DNA of 64,000 nucleotides from a virus: positions 60,111-124,110 of the IMG/VR virus record IMGVR_UViG_3300045988_179398; one strand, given 5' to 3'. This document shows, in pieces, positions 21,270 through 30,922 of this stretch (positions within the stretch are counted from its first letter, which is position 1; every line of letters starts with the position of its first letter). Below the pieces are notes generated by a model. The model saw nothing but the letters and a program-made list of their open reading frames with translations. It was not told the DNA's origin and searched no databases. The position numbers and the translations under genes were made by a program.

Positions 21270-21710
21270 ATGAGACTGTGGCATACTGATTTAATTCCGT
21301 ATCTTCCAAAATCGCAGTTACTTGCGCAATGGCGCGAACTCAACTCGATATACGCAAAACGAGACAAACACATTCTAATCAATTATATATACGATTACAA
21401 CCGTCATTATCTCAAAGCGTATTCAGATAAGGTAATTGCTGAAATGCAGCGGCGTGAAATAAAGATTCACGATTTGTCGAAATACGACGCTTATTTTTCT
21501 GGAATGCAGAACGGGTTTGCGGGGAAAGAAATCGTCGGGTTAGAATCGGGTTTGCGGTTCAAAGAACACGACGACGAATATTTACTGATTTGTTATTATA
21601 ATCTCAAAGAGAAATATATGCGCGGGCAGAAAGATTTTGATGACCCGACATGGCTGAAATTATACTATTTTTGTAAAAATATTTTAGAAAAGGAGAAAAC
21701 CAATGGCTGA
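21270..21710 (+). CDS. pyrimidine-dimer-glycosylase-like / TIGR02328-type protein
   Basis: N-terminus MRLWHTDLIPYLPKSQLLAQWRE matches the signature start of that family, recalled from memory. Confidence 0.45.
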   Translation: MRLWHTDLIPYLPKSQLLAQWRELNSIYAKRDKHILINYIYDYNRHYLKAYSDKVIAEMQRREIKIHDLSKYDAYFSGMQNGFAGKEIVGLESGLRFKEHDDEYLLICYYNLKEKYMRGQKDFDDPTWLKLYYFCKNILEKEKTNG

Positions 21711-22191
21711 ATTTCCAAAGGTGTTATGCAAGGATTTTGACCACAATCGACAAGTGATTTCGGATTACGACATTTTGCGTTATCGCGAAGGCGACATCAA
21801 AAAACTCAAAAAGAAGTGCGCGACGCGAGCCGAGTTCGCCGAAGAACTTCGCAAAGAATTTATGTGGTGGTTTTGGTCGAAAGCTGAACATGAACTCATC
21901 ATAAGCAGAACCGAAGACGGGAAAATTTTACTCACGCCGTGGTGCGGCTGCCGCGATGACGAAAAGGCGACAATCGACGTAACGAACGATTACTCGCAGC
22001 TCGATTGGGGAAAGTTTGCCGATTACCATATCAACCATCAGATTTTTAAAACCGAGGCAAAAATCGACGTTTACGACCAAATTATGTTTGGCGACAGATT
22101 TGAAAAGTTGGTTGACACGTTATGGACAACGCGATTCAGATACGAGCGCGATAATCCCAAATTTCACGACCAAGACAAGGAGACAAAGTAA
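21703..22191 (+). CDS. hypothetical protein
   Basis: AAGGAG RBS. Overlaps the upstream end. Confidence 0.55.
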   Translation: MAEFPKVLCKDFDHNRQVISDYDILRYREGDIKKLKKKCATRAEFAEELRKEFMWWFWSKAEHELIISRTEDGKILLTPWCGCRDDEKATIDVTNDYSQLDWGKFADYHINHQIFKTEAKIDVYDQIMFGDRFEKLVDTLWTTRFRYERDNPKFHDQDKETK

Positions 22192-22703
22192 TGAGTTGGA
22201 ACAGGCAATCGGTTAGAGAATTCAACCGCAAACACAAAACAAATTATACAAAAGCGGAACTCGAAGCGCTCGACTTCGCGATAAAATTCCGCGCAGGAAA
22301 CGCGAACGTTCAATCGATGAGTGATCTTGCGCTTAATCCGTTTATCAACATTGAACTCGAAGAGCCAATCCCCGAAGGAACGGAAGTAAAGCTTAATTAC
22401 GAGATTATAAAAAGCCGCCCGACTTATCCGAGGTTGTCGCAGAAATATAAAGATTTCATCGAGGCGAACAAAGATATGATTTTACACACGACGGACGAGA
22501 ACGCGAAAAAGGGTTACGTTTGTCTCGCGGAAGACCCAGATAAGTTGTGGTTGTGGACGCCGCTTTTCGACCTTTTGTATCGGAACGAAGCGGGTGAGTT
22601 TGTGGAATACGGTGACTCGATTTTGGCGCCGAAAGACGAAGAGAAAGAGGGAGAGGAAGAAAATGTATCAGACAAAGCTGACGAAAGAACAGCTGGCGTA
22701 TAA
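22191..22703 (+). CDS. hypothetical protein
   Basis: AAGGAG RBS. ATGA-type junction. Confidence 0.55.
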   Translation: MSWNRQSVREFNRKHKTNYTKAELEALDFAIKFRAGNANVQSMSDLALNPFINIELEEPIPEGTEVKLNYEIIKSRPTYPRLSQKYKDFIEANKDMILHTTDENAKKGYVCLAEDPDKLWLWTPLFDLLYRNEAGEFVEYGDSILAPKDEEKEGEEENVSDKADERTAGV

Positions 22704-22821
22704 TATTGCGTATCATCTCGAAAAAGAAACTGACAAACCGATACACGAAGTTATTCTCGAAACATTGACAGCATACGAAGAAAATTTAAAAAAGGTATCA
22801 AAAACGCTTGACAAAGAATGA
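22663..22821 (+). CDS. hypothetical protein (52 aa)
   Basis: GAGGGAGAGG RBS before ATG 22663. Its last codons are formed by the P4 -35 box. Confidence 0.45.
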   Translation: MYQTKLTKEQLAYNIAYHLEKETDKPIHEVILETLTAYEENLKKVSKTLDKE

Positions 22822-22836
22822 AGAGCGTGTTATAAT
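22808..22836 (+). promoter_or_regulatory. sigma-70-type promoter P4
   Basis: AAAACGCTTGACA, 17 nt, TGTTATAAT. Confidence 0.75.
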
Positions 22837-22868
22837 GAAGAAAAAGTGATTAAAAGGAGCAAAAATTA

Positions 22869-24095
22869 ATGGCAGTTTTTTTTGACGCGGTGGGAACAAT
22901 TCATCCCATCAAGGAAACAGAAAAGTTTAAAGCGGTTGAATATCGCAGATTCGATTCAGGTTGGGCGAAAAAAGTTCTTCGTTTCAACTTCCGCACCGAC
23001 ACAGGTTCGATAACGAATATGGAGATTTCGGCGTTTTATAGGGCAAACGAAGACGGAACGCCCGCAGACGACAACAGAATGTTCGATAAAAAGGAAGGTT
23101 GGATCGAATATCCCGAAAGAAAAGAGCATTCGGGGAAAGGCAAATTTATGACGAGTTTTCTCGATAAATCGCCATATAAGGTTGCAAATATTCTTAAAGC
23201 GTATGACGAGGGGAATCTCTCGACTTATGACGCGGACAAATACGACCTTCATTCCGACGAAGATTACGAAGAATTGAGTAAAAAATATAACAGTTGCGTA
23301 AAGCGTTTCCTTTTCGAGATCGATTTTATCAATTACTTCGAAAGAATTTTGGCGAATTACGACAAGTTCCTCAAAGGCAAACTCATGAAGGTAAGCGGCG
23401 AATGGACGTTTGAATATTCGACGCAGAAAGACGCAATTTACAAGAAATTTGTGCCCAGCCGCATTGAATATTGCCACGATGAAGACTCCATTCAGGTCAT
23501 CGCGCTTAAAGTCCCGTTTATTTTCAAGGGCAAAAACCCGATTGCGGTCGGCAAAGGCAATAAAAAGGTGCTTAAAGGTTACACGAATTACTATGTGAAA
23601 GAATTTAAGAACGAAGAATTCAAAGGTAAATACCTTGCCCCGATTGAAATCGTTATTCCCGAAAATCTCGAAAAGTCGATTTCTAACAGGTTCGATAAAG
23701 AAGACCCGACCGTAACATCGGATTACAAGTTATGGAATTTGAATTGTGCTTATATCAACGGCGCAGAAAAGAAAGATATCGAAGAAGACGATTTGTCTCC
23801 CGACGAGAAGTTCGATATCGAGTGTGGTTTCAGAACGCTCGAAGAAATCAGAGCTGAACACGCGAAAGCCGATAAAGGCGAGGACGGAAAGGGCAAATAC
23901 GACTCGACCAAAGTTTACGGCGATAGAATTACCGAAATCAGACTTATAAAGTGCGGCGAAAAAGGTAATCCCGAAAACGCCGAATATGACGACAGGCAAA
24001 CCGAAAGTCCGTCGCACGACATGCCCGAAGAAGTAAAACAGGCGGTCGGCGCGGCAAGCGATGATGACGATATTTTTGAGATTAATTGGAGGTAA
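22869..24095 (+). CDS. hypothetical protein, possibly ssDNA-binding (acidic C-terminal tail)
   Basis: C-terminus AASDDDDIFEINWR resembles an SSB acidic tip. Lies directly upstream of the ERF annealase. Function is inferred only. Confidence 0.3.
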   Translation: MAVFFDAVGTIHPIKETEKFKAVEYRRFDSGWAKKVLRFNFRTDTGSITNMEISAFYRANEDGTPADDNRMFDKKEGWIEYPERKEHSGKGKFMTSFLDKSPYKVANILKAYDEGNLSTYDADKYDLHSDEDYEELSKKYNSCVKRFLFEIDFINYFERILANYDKFLKGKLMKVSGEWTFEYSTQKDAIYKKFVPSRIEYCHDEDSIQVIALKVPFIFKGKNPIAVGKGNKKVLKGYTNYYVKEFKNEEFKGKYLAPIEIVIPENLEKSISNRFDKEDPTVTSDYKLWNLNCAYINGAEKKDIEEDDLSPDEKFDIECGFRTLEEIRAEHAKADKGEDGKGKYDSTKVYGDRITEIRLIKCGEKGNPENAEYDDRQTESPSHDMPEEVKQAVGAASDDDDIFEINWR

Positions 24096-24098
24096 GAT

Positions 24099-24797
24099 AT
24101 GAATATTTTTGAGAAAATTCAAGCGGTGAGAGTTGAACTCCGCCACACAAAACTTAAAATGAGCGGCAAAAACAAGTTCGCGAATTACGAATATATGGAA
24201 CTCGACGACTTTCTTCCCACACTCAACGAACTTATGTATAAGTATAAAATAACGGCGATCGCTTCGTTTACGAGAGAGAAAGCAACTCTCACGGCAATCG
24301 ACTGCGAAAAGCCCGAAGATAGATATACGATTGAATCACCGTTCGGAACAGCCGACCTTAAAGGCTGTCACGAAGTTCAGTGTATCGGCGCGGTCGAAAC
24401 TTATCAGCGTCGTTACCTTTATCAGGCGATGTTCGACATCGCAGAAAGCGACGGTTTGAACAAGTCGCAGGGCGACCCGAGCAAACCCACTCCGAAGAAG
24501 ACGGCTGAATTCCCGAGCCATACGGAAGAAGAGCCGCTTCCTGGTGAAGAAAAGCCCTCTGCAAAACCTGTGAAACCCGTTGACGAAAAAGACCCGAATG
24601 GCGCGGAAAGATGCGCAAAAATAAAGGAAGTTTTCAACGCGAAGAGAAAGGCGAAAGAACTGACGACCGATACGCAGAAGGCGATTAAAAAGTTGTTAGT
24701 TGAAAATAGTGAAGACGGCGCGGGAATGTTGAACGAGAATTACTCGGTGAAGGTTTACGACCAACTCGAAGAATTACTCGGAATGGGTGAGGTATAG
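24099..24797 (+). CDS. ERF-family single-strand annealing protein
   Basis: KNKFANYEYMELDDFLPTLNELM and ETYQRRYLYQAMFDIAESD are ERF-like. GGAGG RBS. Confidence 0.7.
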   Translation: MNIFEKIQAVRVELRHTKLKMSGKNKFANYEYMELDDFLPTLNELMYKYKITAIASFTREKATLTAIDCEKPEDRYTIESPFGTADLKGCHEVQCIGAVETYQRRYLYQAMFDIAESDGLNKSQGDPSKPTPKKTAEFPSHTEEEPLPGEEKPSAKPVKPVDEKDPNGAERCAKIKEVFNAKRKAKELTTDTQKAIKKLLVENSEDGAGMLNENYSVKVYDQLEELLGMGEV

Positions 24798-24806
24798 GTT
24801 TGCAAC

Positions 24807-26113
24807 TTCATTAGTTAAAACTGATAGGTTAAGAGCTTCAGTGAAGAGAGAATATATAATCAGAAGGAGGTGATAAGTAAATGTTAAAAGCGTATAAATA
24901 CAGATTGTATCCAAACAAACAACAAGAAGAACAAATTCATAAAACTTTTGGCTGTTGCAGATTTGTGTATAATCAAATACTTGCTTATAGAAAAGAGAAA
25001 TATAAGCAAGATAAACAACATATGAATAAAATTTCTTGTAATAATTACTGTAATCAAGTTCTTAAAAAAGAATATGAATGGCTGAAAGAGGTAGACAAAT
25101 TTGCATTAACAAATTCAATTTATAATATGGATTCAGCATATCAAAAATTCTTCAAAGAACACGCGGGTTACCCTAAATTTAAGAGTAAGAAAAATCCTAA
25201 AAGAAGTTATACTACTAATCTTACGGGTAGAAATATAGAAGTTTCTTTTAACAATAATAAAATCAAACTTCCGAAACTTAAATGGGTAAAAGCAAAAGTC
25301 CACAGAGAGTTTCAAGGACAAATTAAGTCTGCAACTATATCGCAAATACCTTCTGGAAAATATTTTGTATCTGTATTGGTAGAAACAAGACATATTCCAA
25401 TGGATTCAACTGGAAATATGATTGGATTAGATCTAGGTATTAAAGATTTGCTTATTACTTCTGATGGTAAAAAGTATGGTAATATTCGTGCTACTAAGAA
25501 ATATGAGAAGAAGTTAGTAAAAGAACAAAGAAAATTATCTCATAAAGTAAAAGGTAGCAACAACTGGAATAGGCAAAGAATTAAAGTGGCGCGTATCCAT
25601 GAGAAAATTCATAACACAAGAATTGATAACTTACATAAAATTTCGCATAAACTTATTCAGGAAAACCAACTAATAGTTAGTGAAGATTTATCTGTAAATA
25701 ATATGATGAAGAATCATAATCTTGCAAAAGCAATTTCAGATTGTGGGTGGTATGAATTAACAACACAGTTGGGTTATAAGAGTGATTGGAACAATCGACG
25801 GTATATTAAGATTGGAAGATTTACCAAGAGTAGTCAATCCTGTAATGTGTGCGGTTATATCAATACAGATACAAAAGACTTATCTGTTAGAGAATGGATA
25901 TGTCCTCAATGTAATACAAAGCACAATAGAGATATAAACGCTGCGATTAATATACTCAACGAAGGGTTACGATTGCTTAATGAGGTAGCCTAAAGATATT
26001 TAATAGGGTTGGAACAATCCAAATTTACGCTTGTGGAGTTAGTAGGTTACGAGGACGTTGAAACAAGAAACTCATCGAGTTTTAGTTCATGGGTAGTTCA
26101 CTAAGTTAAACTG
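24807..26113 (+). mobile_element. non-autonomous IS200/IS605-type TnpB unit (copy 1)
   Basis: tnpB plus 3' non-coding tail. Bracketed by 17-nt imperfect direct repeats TTCATTAGTTAAAACTG (24807-24823) and TTCACTAAGTTAAACTG (26097-26113), 13/17 identical ungapped. No tnpA recognised. Confidence 0.55.
24881..25993 (+). CDS. tnpB: TnpB RNA-guided endonuclease (IS605 OrfB family)
   Basis: MLKAYKYRLYPNKQQ N-terminus. RuvC motifs GLDLGIKD, VSEDL, RDINAAINI. Zinc finger CNVCGY..CPQCN. Confidence 0.9.
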   Translation: MLKAYKYRLYPNKQQEEQIHKTFGCCRFVYNQILAYRKEKYKQDKQHMNKISCNNYCNQVLKKEYEWLKEVDKFALTNSIYNMDSAYQKFFKEHAGYPKFKSKKNPKRSYTTNLTGRNIEVSFNNNKIKLPKLKWVKAKVHREFQGQIKSATISQIPSGKYFVSVLVETRHIPMDSTGNMIGLDLGIKDLLITSDGKKYGNIRATKKYEKKLVKEQRKLSHKVKGSNNWNRQRIKVARIHEKIHNTRIDNLHKISHKLIQENQLIVSEDLSVNNMMKNHNLAKAISDCGWYELTTQLGYKSDWNNRRYIKIGRFTKSSQSCNVCGYINTDTKDLSVREWICPQCNTKHNRDINAAINILNEGLRLLNEVA

Positions 26114-26117
26114 CCAT
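25994..26117 (+). ncRNA. candidate omegaRNA 3' scaffold plus guide of TnpB-1 (5' part probably overlaps the tnpB 3' end)
   Basis: Non-coding tail with hairpins (GGTTGGAACAATCC). Shares GTGGAGTT and a ..TTAGT..GTTCA(C/G) end with the tail of TnpB-2. Extent inferred from the published TnpB architecture. Confidence 0.45.
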
Positions 26118-26178
26118 TTTTGTTTAGATATGGAAAAGCGTGGAAGGTGAAATTTCTGCGCTTTTCTCGCTTAAACGC

Positions 26179-26207
26179 TTGACAAATGGGTTTTGGTGTG
26201 GTATAAT
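26179..26207 (+). promoter_or_regulatory. sigma-70-type promoter P5
   Basis: AAACGCTTGACA, 17 nt, TGGTATAAT. Confidence 0.75.
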
Positions 26208-26232
26208 AAGTTCATAAAGTGGAGGTAAAGAT

Positions 26233-26436
26233 ATGACAAGCAAAGAAAAGTTTATAAAGTCTCTCAAAGCAGATATTCAAACACAAAAAGAGAAAAAGGA
26301 ACTCGCGGAAAAACTCGCTGAAAGAATTAAGAACGAATTTTACATTCAATTCGACGAGATAATTCCGTCGATTATGGCGGATCAAATTGACAAAATTGTG
26401 AAAGAAGTTCTCGATGAAGAGTTTTTTGGCAATTAA
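26233..26436 (+). CDS. hypothetical protein
   Basis: GGAGG RBS. Confidence 0.6.
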   Translation: MTSKEKFIKSLKADIQTQKEKKELAEKLAERIKNEFYIQFDEIIPSIMADQIDKIVKEVLDEEFFGN

Positions 26437-26468
26437 AGGTCGTGAATTCGATGCCTTTGGAGGAATAA

Positions 26469-27005
26469 ATGCAAGTAAAATGTCAAATTTGCGGCAAATC
26501 AATCGACCGTTCAACTGCATATAAAGTCGTGGTCAGCGGCACGAACAAATATTTTTGCTCGGAAGAAGAATTCAACGCTGATAAAGCCCGCAAAGACCAC
26601 GCGAAAGAAGTTCTCGAAACGATTGCGGAGTGTTATCAATATTGCTCTGGTTATGGGGAACCGCCTTATAACGTGGTTAAAAAAGAACTTAAAGAAAACC
26701 TCAAAACGGTCGATATCGAGACGATTTATCAATTCGTAAAAGAAAACCGCGAAAAACTCAAAAAGACGATTGAAAAGAAAATCGAACGAGATGGACCGTT
26801 TTCGCAGGTTTATTTCTTGTTTAGGTATGTGAGTGGGATAATAAAACGGGAAATACTTGAACACGGTTGGAAGGCGGCACAAGTCGCGCCGACCATTCAA
26901 AAAACTGGGATTGATTTGAATTTTTATAATGTCAAACCGAACACAAATCAACTTAAAAAGAGACGCTCGTTAGATGAATTGGAGGATCAACTACTCAGCC
27001 CTTAA
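26469..27005 (+). CDS. zinc-finger protein (possible replication accessory / helicase-loader position)
   Basis: N-terminal CQICG...YFCSEEEF motif. GGAGG RBS. Sits just upstream of the IscB insertion and the DnaB-like helicase. Confidence 0.5.
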   Translation: MQVKCQICGKSIDRSTAYKVVVSGTNKYFCSEEEFNADKARKDHAKEVLETIAECYQYCSGYGEPPYNVVKKELKENLKTVDIETIYQFVKENREKLKKTIEKKIERDGPFSQVYFLFRYVSGIIKREILEHGWKAAQVAPTIQKTGIDLNFYNVKPNTNQLKKRRSLDELEDQLLSP

Positions 27006-27217
27006 AAAGGTGTGGGCTTGCCCACTAGTTGATCAGACTAAGTGTTAAGCTACGTTATCAAAGAATATATAGGCACCGTAGGATGTATTCTCCAGTCTTA
27101 CGCTCTGCGGTATGTGATTAAACAGTTCTGATGAGTAGGAACAGTGTTGCATACGAAAACCTTTGAATAACATTGTCGTGGAGTAACCACTCTAACATAT
27201 AGGAGGCTATAAAAGCA
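27006..27217 (+). ncRNA. candidate IscB omegaRNA (HEARO-type), encoded 5' of iscB
   Basis: 212-nt ORF-free stretch directly upstream of iscB. Nested inverted repeats GATCAACTA (26985-26993) / TAGTTGATC (27026-27034) and AGCCC/GGGCT. Placement follows the known IscB architecture. Confidence 0.5.
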
Positions 27218-28498
27218 ATGGTATATGTATTAAATAAACAAGATGAACCAATAATGCCTTGCAAGGAAGCGAAAGCAAGAAAATTGCTTAAACAGAGTAA
27301 GGCAAAAATAGCAAAACACGAACCGTTTACAATTCAGTTATTGTTCGATTGTGAAAATCAGATACAAGAAGTAAATTTGGGAATTGATGCGGGAAGTAAA
27401 CATATTGGTGTTTCGGCAACGACAGAAAAGCAGGTCTTATACGAGGCAGATGTTGAGCTGAGAAATGATATTGTTAATAAGTTATCTTCTCGTCGCGAGG
27501 CTCGTAGAACTCGTAGAAACAGATTAAGATACCGCCCCGTAAGGTTTAATAATCGAATTAAATCAAAATATAAAGAGTGGTTAGCTCCGAGTATTAAACA
27601 AAAGATAAACACGCATATTCAAGTTATAAAACACTTATACGAAATTTTGCCGATAACAAATCTCATTGTAGAAACCGCTCAATTTGATATTCAAAAGATG
27701 AATAATTCCGAGATATCAGGTGAAGGATATCAACAAGGTGAACAATTGGGATTTTGGAATGTAAGAGAGTATGTGCTTTACCGCGACAATCACGAATGTC
27801 AATATTGCCACGGTAAATCAAAAGACAATATATTAAATGTTCATCATATTGAAAGTCGGAAAACAGGCGGAAATGCACCAAATAATTTAATTACTTTGTG
27901 TGAAACTTGTCATAAAGCTTATCATAAAGGCGAGATTAAATTAAATCTAAAGCGCGGTAAAAGCTATCGGGACGCGGCATTTATGGGTATTATGCGTAAA
28001 ACATTACTTAATCGATTACGCGTGTTATATCCAAATGTTTGCGAAACGTATGGCTATATAACCAAGAACGTTCGTATCGAAAATAACTTGCCAAAAGAAC
28101 ATTATATAGACGCTCGGTGTATAAGTGGTAATCCAAAAGCAAATCCATTAGATTATTACATTTATCAGAAATGTGTCAGAAGACAGAACAGACAAATTCA
28201 TAAAAATAAAATTTTAAGCGGCAGCCGAAAGAGAAATAATCAAGCACCAAGATATGTTTTCGGGTTTAAACTCTTTGATCTTGTAAAATATAATAAACAA
28301 AATTACTATGTTTTTAGCAGAAGAACAAGTGGCGCCTTTGATATAAGAAATCTTAATGGAGAAAAAATAAACAATGGTTCAATAAGTTATAAGAAACTTA
28401 AAAAGATTAAACACAATTCAACAAAACTAATAGAAAGGAGGCGGCAATTCCTCTGCATCTCTAAAAGGGATGTGGTTTCTTTGCCGAAAATTTTATGA
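27218..28498 (+). CDS. iscB: IscB RNA-guided endonuclease (RuvC-HNH, Cas9-ancestor type)
   Basis: PLMP-like PIMP at the N-terminus. RuvC-I LGIDAGSKHIG. Arg-rich bridge helix RREARRTRRNRLRYR. RuvC-II IVETAQFD. HNH CQYCHG..VHHIESR..N..CETCH. RuvC-III EHYIDA. Confidence 0.85.
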   Translation: MVYVLNKQDEPIMPCKEAKARKLLKQSKAKIAKHEPFTIQLLFDCENQIQEVNLGIDAGSKHIGVSATTEKQVLYEADVELRNDIVNKLSSRREARRTRRNRLRYRPVRFNNRIKSKYKEWLAPSIKQKINTHIQVIKHLYEILPITNLIVETAQFDIQKMNNSEISGEGYQQGEQLGFWNVREYVLYRDNHECQYCHGKSKDNILNVHHIESRKTGGNAPNNLITLCETCHKAYHKGEIKLNLKRGKSYRDAAFMGIMRKTLLNRLRVLYPNVCETYGYITKNVRIENNLPKEHYIDARCISGNPKANPLDYYIYQKCVRRQNRQIHKNKILSGSRKRNNQAPRYVFGFKLFDLVKYNKQNYYVFSRRTSGAFDIRNLNGEKINNGSISYKKLKKIKHNSTKLIERRRQFLCISKRDVVSLPKIL

Positions 28499-30075
28499 AG
28501 CAGATGGCTAACAAAGAGGCTTTTATTGCGGGAATATGTGACAAAATAGACGAAAGACTTCTTGAAGATCGCGTTACAATCGAAGGAAATGCCGTCTCAA
28601 TCTTTTTACAGGATTTGACGAATTACAACGATATCAACTATAAACCCGAAGATTTTCTAACGAAAGATGGTCGATTCCTTTTCTGCGTAGGGAAGTCGCT
28701 TCGTGATTTGGGGTATAATTACCTCGATGAAGTAACGATTATGTCAAAGTGTTCGCAGGAAATCAAAGACAGAATTTCCGCGCTTGGTGGGTATAAGACG
28801 ATTCAACATCTTCTCGATGTCGTGAATGCCGAAAACGCTGACGCAATTCTCGATGATCTGACGAAGAGTAATATTCTGGTTAAACTTTACAAAAGCGGGT
28901 TCAATCTTTTCGACGAAGTAACGCTCGATAACGGGAAACGTATTTCCCCATTTAAGTTGTTTAAGAATTTCACTTCGACGGAAGTTCTTGATTGGTACGA
29001 CGCGAAAATCAGCGGATTAAGCAAGGTCAATAATAACCAAATCATCTACGACGAATACGTCGATTTCGGCGAAAAATTCATCTCGGATTTGCAAAACAAC
29101 GTCGATAGCGGTGTTTCGTTTGCGGACGCTGGCGAAGACATCAACGGCGAAAAAATCAGCGTCGCGCCCTTTTTGAGCAGTAATATACTCGGTCTCGCGC
29201 CTGGAACATTAAGCCTTTTCGGCGGGTTCAGCGGCGTTGGTAAGACGACTTATATGGTCGGCGTGATTATGGCGCTTATTTCGCAGGGTAAAAAGGTTCT
29301 TGTGCTCGAAAACGAGATTATGAAGAACAAACTTTATCTTATGATTTTCAGTTGGTTTATCTCCCGTTATATGGGTTATCAGAAACTGCCGAAGAAAAAA
29401 CTCGAATCGGGTGTTTATACCGACGAAGAAAAGAAGGTAATCGCCGAGGCCGAAAAACAATGGAAAGAGAAGTTCGCAGACAAATTGCGTGTTGTCGGTT
29501 TATCGTCGGCAAACTCGAAGTTGAGTTCGCAAATCATCAAAAACGCAGTACTTCGTTCGGGGTTTGATGTGTTCATTGTGGATACATTCAAGCTCGACGA
29601 TAGTGCAGACATAAACGGCGCGTTGTGGCAGGTTATGAAGAACAACATCAGCGAACTCGAAGGACTAACGAAGAAATACGGCGTTATCGGAATCGCGACC
29701 GTTCAGCTGACGAATAACGACTTAAAACGGTTATGGCTTGATTCAAGCTGTCTTGGAACATCGAAAGGCATTAAGGAAGTGTGTTCTAACCTGATTTTGC
29801 TCAGAAAGCTTGGAGGAGATTTGGAGTTAATTAACGGCTCGGATATTTACTGTCGACCGTTCCGTTCAAAGAAAAACGAGCAGGGCGACTGGGTAGAAGA
29901 ACCGTATGATGCCGACCCAAGCAAGGTTTGGAGAGTGCTTTTCATAGATAAATCTCGTTCTGGTCCCGACAGCGGCGATACGGGCGTAGCGTATTTGTTG
30001 AGATACGACGGCGATCACTGCTCATTTTATGAAACGGCGAAGTGTCGCCCTGTTAGAAAGATTATAAATGGTTGA
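28495..30075 (+). CDS. replicative DNA helicase (DnaB-like, RecA-fold)
   Basis: Walker A GGFSGVGKTT. Walker B-like VFIVDTF. 526 aa. ATG overlaps the iscB stop (alternative ATG at 28504). Confidence 0.7.
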   Translation: MKQMANKEAFIAGICDKIDERLLEDRVTIEGNAVSIFLQDLTNYNDINYKPEDFLTKDGRFLFCVGKSLRDLGYNYLDEVTIMSKCSQEIKDRISALGGYKTIQHLLDVVNAENADAILDDLTKSNILVKLYKSGFNLFDEVTLDNGKRISPFKLFKNFTSTEVLDWYDAKISGLSKVNNNQIIYDEYVDFGEKFISDLQNNVDSGVSFADAGEDINGEKISVAPFLSSNILGLAPGTLSLFGGFSGVGKTTYMVGVIMALISQGKKVLVLENEIMKNKLYLMIFSWFISRYMGYQKLPKKKLESGVYTDEEKKVIAEAEKQWKEKFADKLRVVGLSSANSKLSSQIIKNAVLRSGFDVFIVDTFKLDDSADINGALWQVMKNNISELEGLTKKYGVIGIATVQLTNNDLKRLWLDSSCLGTSKGIKEVCSNLILLRKLGGDLELINGSDIYCRPFRSKKNEQGDWVEEPYDADPSKVWRVLFIDKSRSGPDSGDTGVAYLLRYDGDHCSFYETAKCRPVRKIING

Positions 30076-30085
30076 GGAAGCGGAT

Positions 30086-30916
30086 ATGGAAACAAAAATT
30101 ATGTACGGGCAGGAAGTTGCCCAAAATATGCTGAAAGATTTGACGTGGAACCCTCGGCACACCTTATATATTCTCTCGAATCAAGCCGACCCCGCAAGCG
30201 CGGTGTATGTTCGAAATAAGAAAAAGAAGTGTGAAGAGGTCGGGGTTAGATGCGTCGTTTATGATATTTCAAGTTCTTGTATAGAGCAGATTAACGATAT
30301 TTTGTATAACGAAATCAGTCTCAGTTCGGAAAAATATTACGTCATCATTCAAAAGCCATTGCCCGTTCAACTTCGTGAATATGAAAAAGAGATTGACGCT
30401 TTTTTCAAAAAATTCCCCGATGCAGACATTGACGCATTTGGAGGCGATTTGTCAACTGAATTTAAGACGCCAGCAACCCCGCTCGGAGTTATGAAAATGT
30501 TGGATTATTACGTCGGCACGAAAACACTCGATGGATTAAATACGGTTGTGCTCGGTCGTTCTGAAATCGTTGGAAAACCGATGGCGGGATTGTTACTCAA
30601 CGCAAACTGCACCGTGACTGTTTGCCATTCGCACACAAAAAATCTCAAAGATTACACGCGTAACGCCGACTTGATTGTTAGCGCGATTGGGAAACCGAAA
30701 TTCATTACGAGCGATTATATAGGCGATAATCGTCCTATAATCGTGGATGTCGGGATTAACCGTGATGAAAACGGAAAATTGTGCGGCGACGTCGACTTTG
30801 AAGACGTAAAAGAAAAATGCTCATTTATCAGCCCAGTACCAAAAGGCGTTGGCGTTTTGACTGTCGCGAGTTTGGTATATAAAATGGGTAAAAAAATTTT
30901 TAAAAAAATAACGTAA
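30086..30916 (+). CDS. folD: bifunctional methylene-THF dehydrogenase / methenyl-THF cyclohydrolase
   Basis: PATPLGVMKML, VVLGRSEIVGKPMAGLL, VTVCHSHT, VDVGINR, SPVPKGVGVLTV are collinear FolD signatures. GAGGA RBS before ATG 30086. Confidence 0.9.
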   Translation: METKIMYGQEVAQNMLKDLTWNPRHTLYILSNQADPASAVYVRNKKKKCEEVGVRCVVYDISSSCIEQINDILYNEISLSSEKYYVIIQKPLPVQLREYEKEIDAFFKKFPDADIDAFGGDLSTEFKTPATPLGVMKMLDYYVGTKTLDGLNTVVLGRSEIVGKPMAGLLLNANCTVTVCHSHTKNLKDYTRNADLIVSAIGKPKFITSDYIGDNRPIIVDVGINRDENGKLCGDVDFEDVKEKCSFISPVPKGVGVLTVASLVYKMGKKIFKKIT

Positions 30917-30922
30917 AAACGC

